Below, piece by piece: positions 62,201-64,000 of a stretch of 64,000 bases of DNA. Position numbers and translations under genes: made by a program. Source of the stretch: Calditrichia bacterium (lineage in GTDB: Bacteria > Calditrichota > Calditrichia > JAJRVZ01); assembly GCA_963777955.1 (NCBI GenBank), contig CAVZSQ010000013.1:288001-352000 (forward strand), in the 5' to 3' direction. The notes beneath the pieces are model-generated. The model ran no database searches. It had not been told where the DNA came from and saw only the letters and a program-made list of their open reading frames with translations. Numbering within the stretch: position 1 is the first letter of the stretch; every line of letters starts with the position of its first letter.

Positions 62201-63639
62201 CCCCGGTACAAAGCATGAGTCAGGGTAGGCCCGCCAAATTTACCCAATGGCGCTATAAGCGGATTTAAAGGTGACCCTGTCGATCCGATATTATCATTAG
62301 TAGCAGTACCGAATCCCGTACCACTTGTGGTAATAATACCTACCAGATTATAACCGAGGCTGGCAAAGTCACCGTAGATATCAACGTCCAGGCTTCCGAT
62401 GTTGCGGGCAATAATTGAATTCTGTACATCAATGATACCGGAAATTTTATAAATACCTCCACTGATTCCACTTCCAGAGATGCCGGTACCAGTACCAATT
62501 TCACTGAGCCCACCTTCTCCGCCCAGGGCCTGGTTGTTGGCGATGGTGGAATTTCTGATCAGCACAGCTCCCCCATTATTGAAGATAGCTCCACCGATAC
62601 CGGATCCGCCGCCGCCACCAGCCGCACCAAGATTAGTTGCATCACCACCGGCACCGCCACCGCCGGAGCCACCGGAACCTCCAACACCGGCTGGCATTCC
62701 GGCTCCACCGCCGCCGCCACCGCCGCCAAATCCGCCTGTACCTCCGGACCCGGCCACACCGCTGCTGTCGCCGCCTCCGCCACCGCCGCCGCCGCCGAAA
62801 GATCCGAAATTCCCGTTAACGTTGGAAGTCATTGATCCACCAATCCCGCCGGATCCCCCGCCGTTGGCCCCATCGCCGCCAATGTTGCCCGAAACCAGAA
62901 AACTCTGGCCGCCATTTCCACCCTGCGCTATATTTCCCGAAATTGTACTACTGAAAATGTTAATTGTCCCGGTACCCTGATTAAAAATCGCCCCGCCAAA
63001 ACCTCCGCCGCCACCGCCGCCGCCGCCGGCAGATCCGCCAAATCCATTAGTGTCCGGTGCTGCACCATCCCCGCCTCTGGCTACATTATTAATCACGGAA
63101 CAACTATTCAGTGTCAATTGACCACTATTATAGATAGCTCCTCCCAAACCGCCTCCGGCCAGATTGCCATTGCCCCCGAAGGCCTTATTATTGCTGATGG
63201 TGCATTTTATCAAAATCAGGTTTCCGGCATTATTAATTGCACCGCCATTAGAATTTTTTACGCTGCCATTATTTAAACTCAGACCTGATATTTCAACCGG
63301 TCCGATACCTTCCATAATATCAAAAATACCGCTGCGATTTTCTCCGCTTATACTCAGAGAATCTGCTCCGCGTCCCTTGATAACAATAGGTTTATCGATG
63401 AATAACGGGCCGCCGGTTAAACGGATTGTATCATTCGTGAAACTGAAATCAATGATATCTCCTGAGTCCAGCTCTGGATAAAACCTCGCGCAGGGATCCG
63501 AGAATGGTATCCAACGGCGTTGTTACCAGGTGGTTGTTTGAGCTTGTGATTTTCCGAAGTTTGCGAGAATCAGCAGAGCTGTGCAGAGTATTGCGAAAAA
63601 TGTATTCAGATGAGATTTAATTACCGGTCTGAGTTCCAT
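59278..63639 (-). CDS. Large secreted surface protein: beta-helix/choice-of-anchor Q with glycine-rich insert, FN3, cadherin/Ig-like domains, T9SS sorting domain; frameshifts near the 5' end
   Basis: ATG 63639 with GAGGAG RBS and signal peptide, GSLRE..GDIIDF; GGAIxN repeats, GGPTLTHAL..SPAVD..DQRG..DIGAYE; YYYFVTAID; QNYPNPFNP..KMILIR. Confidence 0.82.
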
Positions 63640-63786
63640 AGATAAATCTCCTCATCCAACTTATGGTAAAATACAGCGGTTCTTATAAAAAATACAGGAC
63701 TGCCGTCACAATGAATTTAGAAATAATCCCGATAATTTCATATTTTTCTTATATATATAATCGGGTAGATGCTGAAAAATGATTAC

Positions 63787-64000
63787 TCAGATTTTAAACA
63801 AACGAGTCAGGTTGAATCCTATATGCCAGTGTTTACTGTTAAACGAATCGGGAGCACCGGCCAGGTATTGCGAATAATTCAAGCGGGTATTGGTGCCGAC
63901 TAAAACTCTGAAAAAGTGTCCTCCCGTCTCCACTTCGATGCCGCAGGCAAATGAATTGTGGCGGTTACGCCAGCCGGTAACGGTCGAATTTACTTCCAGC
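63787..64000 (-). CDS. C-terminus of a DUF5777-like outer-membrane beta-barrel (enters from beyond the window)
   Basis: Manual translation: ..GIEVETGGHFFRVLVGTN...WHIGFNLTRLFKI*. Confidence 0.65.
   Translation of the reverse strand, partial: LEVNSTVTGWRNRHNSFACGIEVETGGHFFRVLVGTNTRLNYSQYLAGAPDSFNSKHWHIGFNLTRLFKI

Noticed and set aside
62480..62980. Proline-rich plus-strand ORF
   Set aside because: Antisense shadow of the glycine-rich tract.

Overview
A 64-kb chromosomal segment from a Gram-negative FCB-superphylum bacterium, most likely Calditrichota/KSB1-like. This is inferred from T9SS C-terminal sorting domains, a PorV-family barrel, a GWxTD protein and an E. coli-type TTGACA/TATAAT promoter. 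About ten genes are split by single-base indels that look like uncorrected long-read errors, so I joined the fragments. In order, the window holds: (1) an AgaR/AgaS-headed glycan locus lacking SusD (TonB receptor, T9SS cargo, PorV, IPT lipoprotein, LamG protein); (2) housekeeping genes (mscL, cysE-cysK, sugar isomerase, archaeal-type thymidylate synthase, galM); (3) an uncharacterised five-gene envelope operon (coiled-coil protein, membrane-anchored PspA/ESCRT-III-like protein, NMT1-type binding protein fused to OmpA, ABC permease, ATPase); (4) PilZ and a PAS-containing CheA-like kinase without CheW; (5) a probable selenoprotein missed by the ORF track, a lipoprotein thioredoxin with a UGGC motif, TPR repeats and a SECIS-like hairpin; (6) a very divergent Opp/Dpp-like ABC operon; (7) tRNA-Thr(CGT); (8) a nitrogen-assimilation module (TorF-like porin, amtB, glnK, glnA) with a GAF-type sigma54 activator, readable sigma54 promoters and paired palindromic operators; (9) several T9SS-secreted proteins. 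I found no integrase, transposase, CRISPR array or rRNA. All family assignments come from motif recognition by eye, not database searches.
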